DNA of 64,000 bases, from NCBI GenBank assembly GCA_010093815.1, contig ML996584.1; one strand, written 5' to 3'. The notes beneath the pieces are model-generated. The model was not told the origin of the DNA, did not search any database, and saw nothing but the letters and a program-made list of their open reading frames with translations. Shown piece after piece: positions 1-12,625 of this stretch (positions are counted from its first letter, which is position 1; every line of letters begins with the position of its first letter). The translations under genes and the position numbers were made by a program. The stretch is from Pseudovirgaria hyperparasitica. Taxonomy: Eukaryota.

Positions 1-650
1 CGGGTCACTTGGGTCGCACCGGTCAAGAATAGGAAGAAGTTAACGGTCGCAAGGCTAAGATGAGTATCAGTGATCTAGTTCTTCGCACGAAGCTTTCCAT
101 GGGATGTGAAAGGATCCCCGTATGAATGGGCGTCTTACAAGTAGTTTTGAGGTCGGATCACAAAGCACCACCTCGTCCAGATCAGACCAGTGGCCACAAG
201 GGACGCATTCTGAGACAAAGAAAGGTTCTCTGCTGGACGGGCAAGGTCAGAAATGCCGGCAATAACTACGCCCCACTATGCTGCCATTAGCTTGCGTATT
301 CCTCGGAGCAAATTGTTGTGTGCTTCATGTGTAATGGATTGATCGTGGGTGGATTTGCTGCCGGGGGTAAGAGAGTATGCTTGATATACCTTCATGATAG
401 GAGCCCTGTAGAATAATCATTATTAGCTTCCGGACTCTAATTTAAAAAAAAGTGCCCGTCTTGCATACCAGAAATGTACTGTCTTTGGTCCAACAGGACT
501 GTTCCATAGCTTTGCGAATCCACTCAGCTCCTCCTTGGGTGCTGTATCAGCCGCCGTGGATGCATTTCGGCGGGCGAACGGTTGGCGGAATTGGGTACGG
601 AAGATTCCACGACCGGCTTGGAATAGGCGAGCGCCTGGTTTGAACGACAT
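1..650 (-). CDS. MPC2: Mitochondrial pyruvate carrier, MPC2-type (3' end runs off the window)
   Basis: Exons 650-469, 405-390 (16 nt), 275-139 and 54-<1 with GT-AG introns. Spliced protein reads ...WNSPVGPKTVHFWAPIMKWGVVIAGISDLARPAENLSLSQNASLVATGLIWTRWCFVIRPQNYFLATVNFFLFLTGATQVTR. The GPKTVHFWAP..KWG signature is typical of MPC2/3. The Arg-rich N-terminus resembles a presequence. Confidence 0.92.
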
Positions 651-884
651 TATGGATAGCGCAATGTCAAAAGAGTGACAGGGCTAGGAAGGAAGTAGAG
701 TGGAGAGTGGAGTAGATAGTTACGTTAGAAGCTGTTGAAGCTATATCAATTAGTTGTTGGCCCGGAGTGAAGATCCGACTCCGGACTTCGGGCCGGCGAA
801 ATGTCGGGTGCGTCTAGACGACTTCATTGAAGTGGCTTCACAACAAGTTGAACGTAGACCTGTAGTGTCCCGCGATACCACATC

Positions 885-1345
885 ATGGCAACGAAATACG
901 CATTTGGAAACACACTCAAGGAGCTGAGGTTTCTCCTCTGCCAGACATCGGATCACAGTGCAGCTGCGAGGTAGGTAGGGACGGTAGATGTCTTTCCCGT
1001 CCCGTGTACACACTGCAGAGCTAACGGACCAATTGATAGATCATTTCTCACACGCACATACCCTACCATGAAGAAGCACAATCCAAACACCCCAATCATG
1101 ATAAGAGAAGCTTCGGGCGTAGAGCCGAAAGTCTATGCGCGCTACGGTAGTCAATATCTGTCCACGATGGCGCCTCGTTTGAGCTAATTCATTGTTGCCG
1201 TAGAGTTTGGAAGAGAGAAGATGCTGCCACTTACAGGTACGCACAATGACTATGCCGCAGTTTGAATGCCGACTGACCATGCTCAGGCCTAGACGATAAG
1301 ACCATCGAGCAAAAGGTTACGGAGCTGGTCCGGTCGAACGCCTAG
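885..1345 (+). CDS. NDUFA2: NADH:ubiquinone oxidoreductase 10.5 kDa / B8 subunit (L51/S25/CI-B8 domain)
   Basis: Not in the ORF track. Exons 885-970, 1040-1146, 1204-1236, 1287-1345 give MATKYAFGNTLKELRFLLCQTSDHSAAARSFLTRTYPTMKKHNPNTPIMIREASGVEPKVYARYEFGREKMLPLTGLDDKTIEQKVTELVRSNA*. The LKELRF..CQTS and NP..PI.IRE..G..P...ARY motifs are characteristic of B8. Confidence 0.92.
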
Positions 1346-2106
1346 ACGGGGTTGACCATATGTCACTGTACTCACACCGACGCATAGGCTTTGAGACGGC
1401 TTAGCTGTATATATACCCCAAAATACGATCGAATATCCTGGCATCAACACGTTTCTCAAGGGTCCTAACGGTGGTGCTCTCGCCCATTCTATGCCCTCAT
1501 TGATCGCTCTGCTAAGCTTGTTCTGTGGATTGCCACTCCCTAATATACAGTTATCCATGAGCTGTTTTGTGAGCCAGAATGGAAGAGATGCGCGACCGCA
1601 TGAATGCCTCCTTGCAGATACTGCAAATCAGACAATGCACATGCACCGGACTCTGGCGCCCGCGCGTTGTGATAACTTTCCGACACACACAGCACCTTGA
1701 AGCTTTAATTTCTACCAGCCGTGGTCTCAACCCTCTTTAAGAGTTATTCGAAGAATGTAGCATTGGTCAAGGGAGCAAATTCGGCTAGGAAGACACTGCG
1801 CTTTTGTCCTCTTGTCATTCCCACACGAAGAGTAATCAACACAGGACCTACAACTTATCGACTCCACGCGCTCTTGTAGCTTTGCAAACGTCCAAGAATA
1901 AGGTTGCAACGGCATGGCTAAAGTGGCCACTGCGGCATCATATCTCTCAGACGTTCACTCGAAAATACGTGAAATCCAGCAACTTAAAAGAGCGTCACGG
2001 CAGAACCAGGTGTATTGGACTACGTGGCGTGTAATTATTTAATTGAGGTAAAAATTTCTAATTCTATATGGAACCATTTCCTTTTTCATACGTGACTGCC
2101 AACACC

Positions 2107-3736
2107 TCAGAAGAACTTGAAACCGCCTTGTCGAAACATGAAGCCGTTTGGATCGTACTTCTTCTGGATGCTCTTCAAGCGTGCCTCGTTCTCAGAGCCA
2201 TAGCTTGCATACACGTTCTGATAGTCTGCAGCATCGTTCATGAAGAGTGGGTTGTACCTGTTGAAAGTGTCAGCCACATGGTCGGATAAACTTCCCCAAA
2301 CTGTAAACTCACGATGCAAAATTCTTGTCCCCCGACTGAAAGTTGGTTGGCCCAGCTCCGGGGAACGTCTTCGCCTGGTATGCTACCATAGTGTCCGCGG
2401 CGTCCTTCAGATAGGTCGGACATGCGTTGTCACACAAAGGGTTCAGCCATATCACATCATTCTCAATCCAGATCCGGTCGCCATACTTGGGGTCCAGGCC
2501 AAGTGTGTTGCCACCAGCATCCTGCGACGCCTGCGCAACGACGCGGCTCAACGGCTGTGGTGTGAATGTCAACACTTGCAGATCAAGATCGCGCACTGTG
2601 TTGTTCAACGAGCGTTTTGCGTAAACCTGGAAATGTTCCTCGTAGAATGCATTCATCTGCTCCGGCGGCATGTTCGGGAAAGTCGTCACACGCGCCGCGG
2701 TACTGAAGCCCTGGACGCTAGCTCCGCCGGCCTCATCCGTCATCTCTCTGTATGTCTTCGCTTCGGTGCTTGACGATATCGAGGGGATCTTGTCGAAGTC
2801 AGCGAAGACATTGCCAGGGTCAGGCCCGTCGTAAAACATGAAGACGATCAGAACGTCGAGTACACCGAGCGTGAAGTCGTGGGTTGGGATTAATGCGGCC
2901 TTCTTGTCGGGATAGTTGGCAACAAACTTCGACAGGCTGTCGAAGATCTGTGCTCGGTTTTCGGCCGCGTACGTACGTGTGCCGCCCCAGACTTGACCGT
3001 TGACACCTGCTGGGTGCGCCTTCAGGGTGAAGCGCGTGACGATGGCGAAGCGATTGCCACCGCCCTTAAGCGCCCAGAAGAGGTCCGAGTATTCCGTGCT
3101 TTGGGCATTGATGTTGGCGATAGTGCCGTCCGGCAAGACAGCTTCGTAATTGAGCACATTGTCGCAGGCCAGCCCGTACTGGGCAGAGTAGTATGATAGA
3201 CCCCCACCAAGAGTGAATCCTCCTACACCAATATGACTGAGACGGCCGCCAACGACGACTTGATTCGTCTTACCAGCCTCTGTGTAAACATCCCCCCAGC
3301 GGGCGCCAGAGCCGACGACGAAGCTGTTGCCGTCAGAGGAGCGAACGGCGGAGGATAGATTCTCATTGAAAGAGATGAGCACGCCCTTGTCAACACTGGA
3401 AAAACCTTTGTTGAATTGATGGCCACCGGACTTGATGGCGAACGGCGCGTTCGTATACTTGTTGAGTTGCTTGACAGCATCTGACACCATCTCCGCATTC
3501 GACGGGAAGAAGGCGCATGTCGCGCGATTGTACTGGTTCCTCCTGTCCCAATAGGCAGTGTGTGCATTGGCCCACTTGGAAGCGTTCGCAGCAGTCTTGT
3601 AGCCATTGATGTTCAGGGGATCCCAGGCCACGTATCTGGGGTACTTGTCAACAAGATAGGAACAGACGGCATCGGCATCGCTGGTGGGAGCAGCCCATGC
3701 CGTCGCGGCGAGGAAGACGAGAGATGTCAGCAGCAT
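2107..3736 (-). CDS. Secreted FAD-linked oxidoreductase (berberine-bridge-enzyme/VAO-like, FAD_binding_4)
   Basis: Exons 3736-2313 and 2257-2107 (intron GTGAGT...GCTGAC...CAG). Signal peptide MLLTSLVFLAATAWA; IKSGGH FAD-attachment motif; VGGFTLGGG; DLFWALKGGG; C-terminal YG.EN..RL..I.KKYDP BBE motif. Confidence 0.9.
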
Positions 3737-5637
3737 TTTACAGCCGAGAATGTCGAAGGATCAACTCGATGACCTCCAGTTCTATTCATTAAGATTAAGA
3801 TGTTGAAGGTCTTTCTATCTATACATACTGTTTTGGCTCAGACGAGACGATGTGCCCTTCCCACAATAGGCGATCATAATATCTTGGTCCCCTAAGGCTC
3901 TCCTGGAGATATAGCCAATGGGGGCGGGCCTGCCAGCGGCCCCAGCAGGAAACCTCGGCAGCTGGCCAGGGTGGCGTCGCACATGGGAGATCTATAAAAG
4001 ACTATGGAATGCATAATGGAAGAATTGTGATGCTAAGATACCTTTCTTTTCCATTGTGGTCTCATTCCACGGAGTGGCTGTTACCGAGAGGCTAAAAGCG
4101 CCATTGAGATGTTGAGTAAATCGTCCGATCTCGTTTTCGTATGGGTTCTGGGCGCCATCCATGCCCACTTTGGGGATGATCGACGCACCCACAGGCAAAA
4201 AGGGTCCGTTTAGCCTCAGCCAAACGTGGCGAGGCTTGTTAGTAGCTTCGGCATTCACATTCCAACCCCTCTTCATCAGCGACGACGTTATCTCGTAGAT
4301 ACCTCGACGAACAAAACGGTATAGAACAAAGTGGCTCTGATCTATGACGATGGTGCTTGCTTGGCTGTCTTTCCCCGGCGTGACAACTCGCCAAAATACG
4401 AGACAACCTGCAACAAGTCCACGACATGATTATATCATCAATGCGCTCTTGTGATTCAAGGAATTATACCCTGAAAACGTGGTATAACCACAACTCGATG
4501 GTCTCAGCACTATCATGCTGAACTTACCACAGGTCTTGCACTATCAACACTATCAGCAATGCATGAAAGCATAATCCATAATGTAAGCTACGCAGCGACT
4601 CACATATGGCTTAATCTTCATTCGATTGCCGCCATGTCGTGAAGATAATAATTTAGAACAAATTGTAACGAGCAGTGCCCTTTCTCCTCATATTCGAAAT
4701 TCAGTAGCATGGTCGAACGAATCTGGCACTAGGTCTTCAAAACGGGAGACAGGATGAGTGAAATTACAAGTCATGAGCTCCAGAGCATTCTGCTCAGTGT
4801 ATGCCATATTTAGATATTACCGGGTGGACAAAGATGCGATACTGTGGAGCTAAGAAGTAGCATGTCTCTCAATGATAGAATTACTGACTGACATTGTATA
4901 TCATCTATCAGACCCTTTAGTTCGGACTCAGTTGGGTGTACTAATCGGACTGGTAGTATTCATTTTGTCCGCCGTGACATTATACGCACGCTGAAAGAGA
5001 TATTTGAAGGCAAGGCAGTTCGTGGAAGGAGTTTTGATTGGTTATTGATCATCCATAGCTGGATCTCGGAGTGATTGATGCGTGTCAGCTCGAATGTAAG
5101 CCTTCCTCTATGCGGCAACAACGCCAAGATTGAGGCTACACCATGAATCTGTTGACGGTCATTCCTGTTTTAAGCTTAGTTGGTAGGTCGAGCTGTTCCT
5201 CTTCCATACACTTATAGTTTGGTAGACATTCTGCCATGATTATGCCTTCATTGCAGCGAGAACCAACAGCATGGGTCCTCTAGTCTATTTCGAATTATCA
5301 TCTCTGTTCGTGAGAGGCTGCTGCATATTGGTCAACAGTCTTTTCACGATGCTCCTGCATCCGCGATGCTAACATAAATACGGACGCCAATCTCGCATGT
5401 CTGCTGCAGTGGTACAGTGGCGTGTACGGCCATCGATTGCGCGACCGTCAGCTTGGGTAGCAATGCATGAAGCAGCTCATAGTTGTGTCTGTCACCTCCA
5501 TATATCTTCGAGTCCCTCGACGTACATTTGACGAAACATGTATCAGCACAGTTTCAGACAAATCGACACGCTTAACAAAAGGTTCCCGTGGCTTCTTTCT
5601 ACTGGTATATCCGAGTTGTCTTATACTCTCATGAAAA

Positions 5638-6986
5638 ATGTCCAGAGTTAGCCTTGACGATCGTCTCAACACCTTGGCTCCTACTGAATACATCTCGCCA
5701 ATATGGTTTAAGATTGTGGACTTTGTCAGCAGTGAGAAAACCTTACGAGACCGTTACAAGAGTACTGTCTGGCTTTTTGATCTGCTCGAGATTATTCCCC
5801 CAAAACAAAGAACAAGTGAGACTCTGGGTGGCATACGAGCTCAATTTAACCAGGATCCAAACTTGGTCATGAAACGGATCGTAGCCTTTGCCGAGGACTT
5901 ACACCTCCAAGAGGTCTCTCGCAGGACTTTGAAGTCTATTGAGGGAGCTGATATCAAGTTTTGGGAAGACCTTGGAACTCGTCTAGCAGGGTATTCGACA
6001 GATCTTGTGGATAACACAAGGGAAGCTCGCTGGAAGACCATCATGACTGAGTCGTGGACTACGCACACTTCATCGGACTCTTCCTCGATGGGCTTCAAGG
6101 TCTCCCAAAATGCTATCAGATTCATGGAAAGTCACGCTCAAGAGTACGGTCGGCTGACCTATTTCGGTTAGTAATCGAACTCACTCTTTGGTATCACTCG
6201 TTGTTTGTAATCTCCCGCTGATAGTGCTTAGCATCTGATATACATTGGAAAACATACCTACATAAACAATTCGCGGAACTGAAAGACAGAGGATATGATT
6301 CGCTAATCGAACGACTCTCAGAAATATTTTGGAGGTCTGATCTCAAGGAATCACCAGCTACGAAGCTAGAGATCCAATTCCGAACCAATCTTTGTAGACT
6401 GGCTGAGGCTATCACAGGACAGAGAGATGTCAACAGCCATCTCGAGGCAATCAAGATCTTATGGGACTCATGTGAAGCTCGTTCACGATACACAGACCTG
6501 TATAAAAGGATCTCAGACCAGGACACAACAATAGCAGAACAGAGGCGAATCATCACCTGTCTGAACTACCGGCACGCTTTGGAAAAACTAGGGACATGGA
6601 AAAAGCTCTGGACAGCAGCAGTACAGGCAGAAGCTGATCAGCTGTGGACTGAACGATCGGCGAACTCACAGACCGAGCGCCATCTCACCCCGGTCCTCAA
6701 ATATCAATTCGAGACTTGGTACAAGTACACCAAGCCAAAGCCAACACGGAGCCCACAGCTAAATGATTACATGGCATGGCCTGGTTATGTCCGAGGTCTG
6801 GGCTTCTTTGGTGACCTCAGTAACGACATCCACAGACATGGGAGCGAGTATGAGTTCAGCAAGACTCAGTGGTTAAAGACAGATCAAGTGATCCTTGAGC
6901 TGATCAAGCCGAAGCAGGCCCCGGGACAGGACGTCGACTGGGCCAATGAAGTGGCGCGCATATCAAAGGGAACTCCTAATACTTAG
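5638..6986 (+). CDS. Hypothetical protein, ~427 aa, no recognised family (5' end uncertain)
   Basis: ORF 5638-6166 joins through a clean intron (GTTAGT at 6167 ... GCTGAT ... TTAG at 6231) to a stop-free frame 6232-6986. Spliced length is 1284 nt, in frame. Helical, charged composition. Confidence 0.6.
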
Positions 6987-8840
6987 ATGTCAGTGCCGAC
7001 TAACCTTGCTGGATCGATAGTCTGTTAGTACTACCAAGCCATGTCGAAACGAAGAATCCAAATGACGTTTCCACGCTGTCTAGTCCTGTCACGTACCTAG
7101 ATCAATCTTCTTGATACTCGACGCTGATGATGTGCAGATTTGCATTAACGCTGTCCCTCACCGGGTGCTTATCAGACAGACCTGTCGATCACAGCTAGAC
7201 ATTCATTACATAGTCCATCATACATCTTCAGGCACACGAAGATGGAATCTCGATGTCAACCACAATACGCTACCAGTTTAGTTAGCGTGCCTGCAGGAAT
7301 CCGGATCTCATGCGATAGGAATAGTTTTAGGTCGAGCTTACGGACGATTGGCCGACAAAGGAGGTAGTATACGCCGACATCCGGCGTGATGTACAAAGAC
7401 AACGTGACAGGCACGACAAGCAGTCTAAGTCACAATCGTGAAAGCAGCGAACTTTAGTTACTCGACAACAATACACCTCTACATATTTAGACGAAAACGG
7501 GCAGGTACACAAAGCACAAAGTTGCTCCGAGACACAATCCACATCGATCTTCTCACAACTAACACATTCATCCCGCACGATAAAGCTCTCAACACCCCAC
7601 ATCAAAGCACCCAGTAGTACCAGCAAACGAAGCAAGCAAAGCCACCACAACCACATCCCAACCGTCCCAATAGCATCCAGACACCGCATCTCCGCTTCGA
7701 AGAAAACCCAACCATCAAACCTCTCCTTCCGAATCCGTCTTGGCAAAAAATCCTATAGAGGCAGGTGCGTTGTGTACAGAGAAGTCTAGGCCCGTTGGTA
7801 CGAACCTCGCGCAACGGATTTGAAGAGGTCATGATGCAGGTAATCGGCAATCCTTATGCAGGAACAGGGTCCGTAGCGCGCAAGCGAGCAGGACCAGACA
7901 GGGCCCCGGGAGTTATGCATGGAGCCGTCAGCGAGGTCGGATCGGTCAGATGGGAGGGATTGAATATTGGCGCCGAGATGAGCGGGTGGTGAAGAGGCTT
8001 GAGTTATGGTAGGGACTGAGGGGGTTTGCGTGGTATGTTGAGGTCTTGCATTCACTATAGGGATGAGTTCGATAACAGCATCTCTGAGTTCACCATCACG
8101 ACATCCTCTTACTCACAAAGATACAGGAAAGTCTGATCTCCAGATCATCAACCTCCACATGTATGCCGGGGTCGGCTCAGGGATCAGGGGCCCGTAGCGA
8201 GCTGACGCAGCATAATGGGATTCTCGCGAACCTGGCAACACAGCTAACGGTGCTCTCGGCAGACAAATCCCGCTCCGACGTTATCGGATATCATATTTTC
8301 TGATTCTGGTGTGCTTATCTCTTCACATGCTCTGGTTCTAAGCGGTGCTGTTTCCTCCTGCGCCACTGGGTCGATATCGGATTGTCTTGTTGTATGTTGT
8401 GGCTAGATTTAATGCTTAGAAAAGCTAGGCTGGGTCTGTTTTATTCCAGTCATGACACTGGATAGTCTCGAAGGAGTCGTCGTGAGTATGCGTGGAGATT
8501 TTTCGCTGTACCCTTGTCGCGGGTCATGATGCTCATTATCATCGTCCTCATCTACGGGCAGATGTTCCGCGATTCCCAGCATATCTATTTAGGCACATCG
8601 AGGAATCGATATCCGCCAGGACAGATATTCTAGTCCCGCGACCGGCCGTCTGTGCACACTGCAGCTTATGCATTGTGGCTGATCACGATGCTCACCGTCC
8701 GAGCGAGGGTCAAATATTGAAAAAGCCCCAAGTATAAGAATGATTGTCGTTGACCATATAGTCCCAGCAATCGATAACTCTCTGTTATTCGTACAGAATA
8801 CTGTCAGATCTCCTACACAGATACAGAGCTCCCATTAAAC

Positions 8841-10778
8841 ATGGCCGGTCAAGCTCTACAATTGGTACGTTGGGTCTCGGGCTCTATTTTACTATTCCAG
8901 CATCTCGCTAAAACCCTGATGATCAGGTCGCATTTGCGGGCCTTGCAGCTCGTGTGCTAGGCGCTGGGTTCCGAACCGTTGGCTCGTCAGGCTGCACGCC
9001 ACAGATGGTCTTTCTTCAGCCCTACACAGACAACGCCATCTTCATAGACAAGTAAGGACGAGCCCTCCTCCCCTTGACCTGACCTTACCTGGGGTTGCTC
9101 TGCTTTCCTCTAACCAGCCTGTGACAGTTTCCACGCCAACTATGGCGGACCTGGCGTCAACCTCCAGACCGGTGCCCATTCGACGACCGCATACGTGTAT
9201 GATGGGACCAACGTGCCAGTCTTTGGCACGTCGTATAATTGGCGGACGAATGCGCTGCGTAAGCTTCACCCCGTGACCAACACGTTTTGCTCTGCCGGTG
9301 CCTTTTTTCCGGACGGGACGTTGGTGAACCCGGCGGGAGCAGAGCCAGACGCGGCGAACGGGGTGGGCGATGGGTTCAATGCCCTCAGGTTTTTCGCTCC
9401 TGGGCCTTGCTCGACGCAGTGTACGAATGACTGGGTCGAGAACAGCCGGAAGCTGCAGGTCAGACGGTGGTATCCGACGACGGTCAACCTCGTGAATGGG
9501 GACATTGCTGTCGTTGGGGGCTCGAATGTGGGCGGGCTTGTGCTGAATGAGGCCAATATCAATGTTCCGACGTATGAACTCGTCTTGCAGAGCGGCACGC
9601 CCAAGGCGCCTGTGACACTGCCCATTCTGCAGTTCACGACTGCGGAAAACATGCAGCCCAACAAATCGTACAATCTCTATCCGATCCGTAAGTCTCTCCC
9701 CGCAGTGTCCTCCCGAGACTGTGAACCTCAGGCTAACAAGAACACTCACCAAGTCCACCTCCTCCCCAACACCCGCAACGCAAACGAAGTCTTCAGCCTG
9801 GCCGGCAACCAAGCCGTGATCTGGGACTACTCCCTCGACCGCCTCGTCAAGACCCTCCCCAACACGCCCCTCCAACCCCGCGCATTCCCCTCCTCAGCAA
9901 CCAGCGTCATACTCCCCATCACCAACAACGCCCTCTCCCCCACAATCCTCCTCTGCGGCGGCTCCAGCGCCGACATTCCAGACCCAGTAGCCCTAGACGA
10001 CTGCTACACCATATCCCCCTACGCCACAACCCCAACCTGGACCCCAACCGACCGCCTCCCAAACGGACCCCAAACAATGACCGACGCAATCCTCCTCCCA
10101 GACGGCACAACCCTCCTCATCAACGGCGCCCACCGCGGCTCCGGCGGCGGCTTCCAGGCCGACGACCCAGTCCTCGTCCCCCTAATCTACAACCACTCCG
10201 CCCCGCTCGGCTCCCGCTTCACCTCCCAGCCCGCAACCTCCATCCCACGCCTCTACCACTCCACAGCCACCCTCCTGCCCTCAGGCGAGGTCCTAGTCGC
10301 AGGCTCCAACCCAGCAGTCGGATACACCGCCGTTGGCGCCGTGCCCGGCGGCTGGCCGCTCTTCTCAAACAACGGCCACCAAGCCTTCCTGCACCAGCAG
10401 CAGCGCCAGAATTCACGCTACCCAACCGAGTACCGCGTCGAGATCTTCGCGCCGCCGTACATGAGTGCTTCGTCGCGGCCTGTGCTGACGACCGTGCCGG
10501 CGAGTATCGGGTATAACAGCGGGTTTGCGGTCGTGGCGTCGGGCACGACGGCAGCGGGGGCGGATGTGCGGTTTGTGCTTGTGCGTACGGGGTTCCATAC
10601 GCATGCTGTGGGCATGGTGCAGAATATGGTTTATTTGAGTGCGGTGAGGGGCACTGCGAGTGGGGCGTTTACGGTGACGTCGGTGCTGAATGGGAGTGTG
10701 ATGCCGCCGGGGGTGTATTTGTTGTTTGTGGTGGTGAATGGGGTGCCGAGTGAGGGGAAGTGGGTGAAGCTTGCGTAG
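8841..10778 (+). CDS. Copper radical oxidase / glyoxal oxidase-like (CAZy AA5), secreted
   Basis: Exons 8841-8864, 8927-9051, 9128-9687, 9754-10778; the last intron is 66 nt and in frame. Hydrophobic N-terminus. Catalytic set is visible: NTFCSAG (Cys), RRWYPT (Tyr), PRLYHS (Tyr/His), GFHTHA (His). C-terminal Ig-like PPGVYLLFVV..GVPSEG.WV. Confidence 0.9.
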
Positions 10779-11584
10779 TTGGGATGGGAGAGGGGTGGGA
10801 GGTCGTGATGTGTACCTTTGTATCTGATCGTCTCAGGATAATGTCATTATCTCTTTCCGCTATTGGAATAATGGGTGCTATTATGCTAAACTTCCTTGTG
10901 CATTCATGTCGTCCAGACCCCTGAAGTGTGAGTAACCTTGGTGTATATGTGCAGGACAGGAGAGGAGAGGGCAGGGCAGGGCAAGGCAGATCGGGTCAGG
11001 GCACAATGGGCAACAATGGACAAGCTGAGCATGGAGAGAATGGGAGGAATGGTGACTTTTCTTCGATGCTTGGTGTGATGTGGTGTCTGTGATCAAGAAG
11101 TGCTATGTACGCTGCAGAACGGTTCACATTCGGGATTTTTCGGAGCGAGGGAGTAGGGAGGTCGTACGTGGCTGTAATCGAAAAAGGAGCAGTTTCTTTC
11201 ATGGTAGTCTAGGCTCAATTGATCGATCAGTGTGTTCTTGTTCAGTACTTCTTGCAAGGCAGCTTGGCTCAATGGAGGTCAGTTGTTCATTGCGCGTGGT
11301 GTGGCTGAACGAGTCACGTGGATCGAGGGAGCATGGCCCTCATCAGTATAATGTAAACGCCACACGACACGAACGGCCGATGTTTCAATGCTCTATGGTG
11401 AATGTATCCATCCCATTGGTGCAGTAGCAAGTCAGGACTACGTGCTAGAGGTATCTTCTCTATGGCCATGATGGCAGTAACGAAGACCGGAACGCCGGAT
11501 GAGTCCAGAGTCCCGAGAACGGGGAGCTCAATATCAATTTCGTAGCATGTTCATAAGTGCATCAGCTGTTGCCGAGATCGCTCT

Positions 11585-12625
11585 CTAGCGACCAAAAGCA
11601 AAGTTCTGCGGCGCCTCTGAGGCCGGTCCCTCAGCAGTGACGTACGCCTTGGTCATGCCGCCATCGATCGCAAAGTCTGTTCCGTTGACAAAGCTCGCCT
11701 CATCGCTGGCAAGGAAGAGCACGCCGTATGCTTGCTCGATGGCCTCGCCAAACCGGCCTCCGGGCAGATGGACCTCGCGGCGATATCGCTTTGCCTTGTC
11801 GTCGCCCAGCCAGTCCTGCAGAAGAGGCGTATTGAGAGGTGCTGGACAGAGCGAATTGAATCTGTATCCCTCACGTGCGTGCACAATGGCTAGCTCACGT
11901 GTCATGGCCAGGACTGCGCCCTTGCTGGCGGTGTATGCTAGCTGTGGTGTCGCGCTGCCGACCAACGCGACCACGGATGCGGTGTTGATGACAGAGGCCT
12001 TCTTCTTGCCGTGCTTGCGGAAGCTCTGAACAGCTGCTTTGCAGCCATACCACACACCCTTGACGTTGATGTTGTGTGTGAGGTCCCAGATTTTCTCCGG
12101 GGTGTCGACAGCGTCGGCATCGTCGGCGTGCATGATACCAGCGTTGTTGAAAATCACGTCCAGTCCACCCCAGGCGTCAGTGTGGGCGACCATTGCTTGC
12201 ACATCAGACTCCTTTGACACGTCACAAATGATGGTGTCGATGTTTTGGTGCTCAGGGATCAATTCCTTGAGCTTGTTGGCTGCTTTTTCGAGGGCAGGGC
12301 CGGAAATATCGGCCATCAGGACATTGGCACCTTCACGAGCGAAGAGAATGGATGTCTCGAGTCCAATACCACTGAATTTGGTCAGTTGTTGATCACAACG
12401 GTGGTTATTGAGCGTCAGAATGGTAAATCGCGTGAGCATGGGAAAAGACTCGCGATAAAGATGGAGCACAGTGAAAAAACGCAGATCTGGTGCAGAGTGA
12501 ACGAAAATAATTGTGCCGTGACTCCATGGCGGCAGTTCAGGTGTTTCTAAAACTCACCCAGCAGCACCAGTGACGATGCAGTTCTTGCCAGCAAGGCGGC
12601 CCTTGGGAGGCGATACGCTACCCAT
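11585..12625 (-). CDS. Short-chain dehydrogenase/reductase
   Basis: Exons 12625-12558 and 12371-11585. Motifs: RLAGKNCIVTGAAGGIG (Rossmann), FNNAGI, INTAS, YTASK, RFNSLCPAPLNTPLL, DGGMTKAYVT. Confidence 0.93.

Noticed and set aside
4755..4993. Possible ~41-aa spliced membrane peptide ending LGVLIGLVVFILSAVTLYAR*
   Set aside because: The branch point and acceptor near 4885-4911 are plausible, but the frame needs a poor donor (GTGTAT), so it cannot be supported.
9042..9875. Long antisense ORFs (also 16439-16633, 34364-34892, 36266-36769, 57152-57643, 59866-60405)
   Set aside because: These are shadows of codon-biased genes on the opposite strand and have no motifs of their own.
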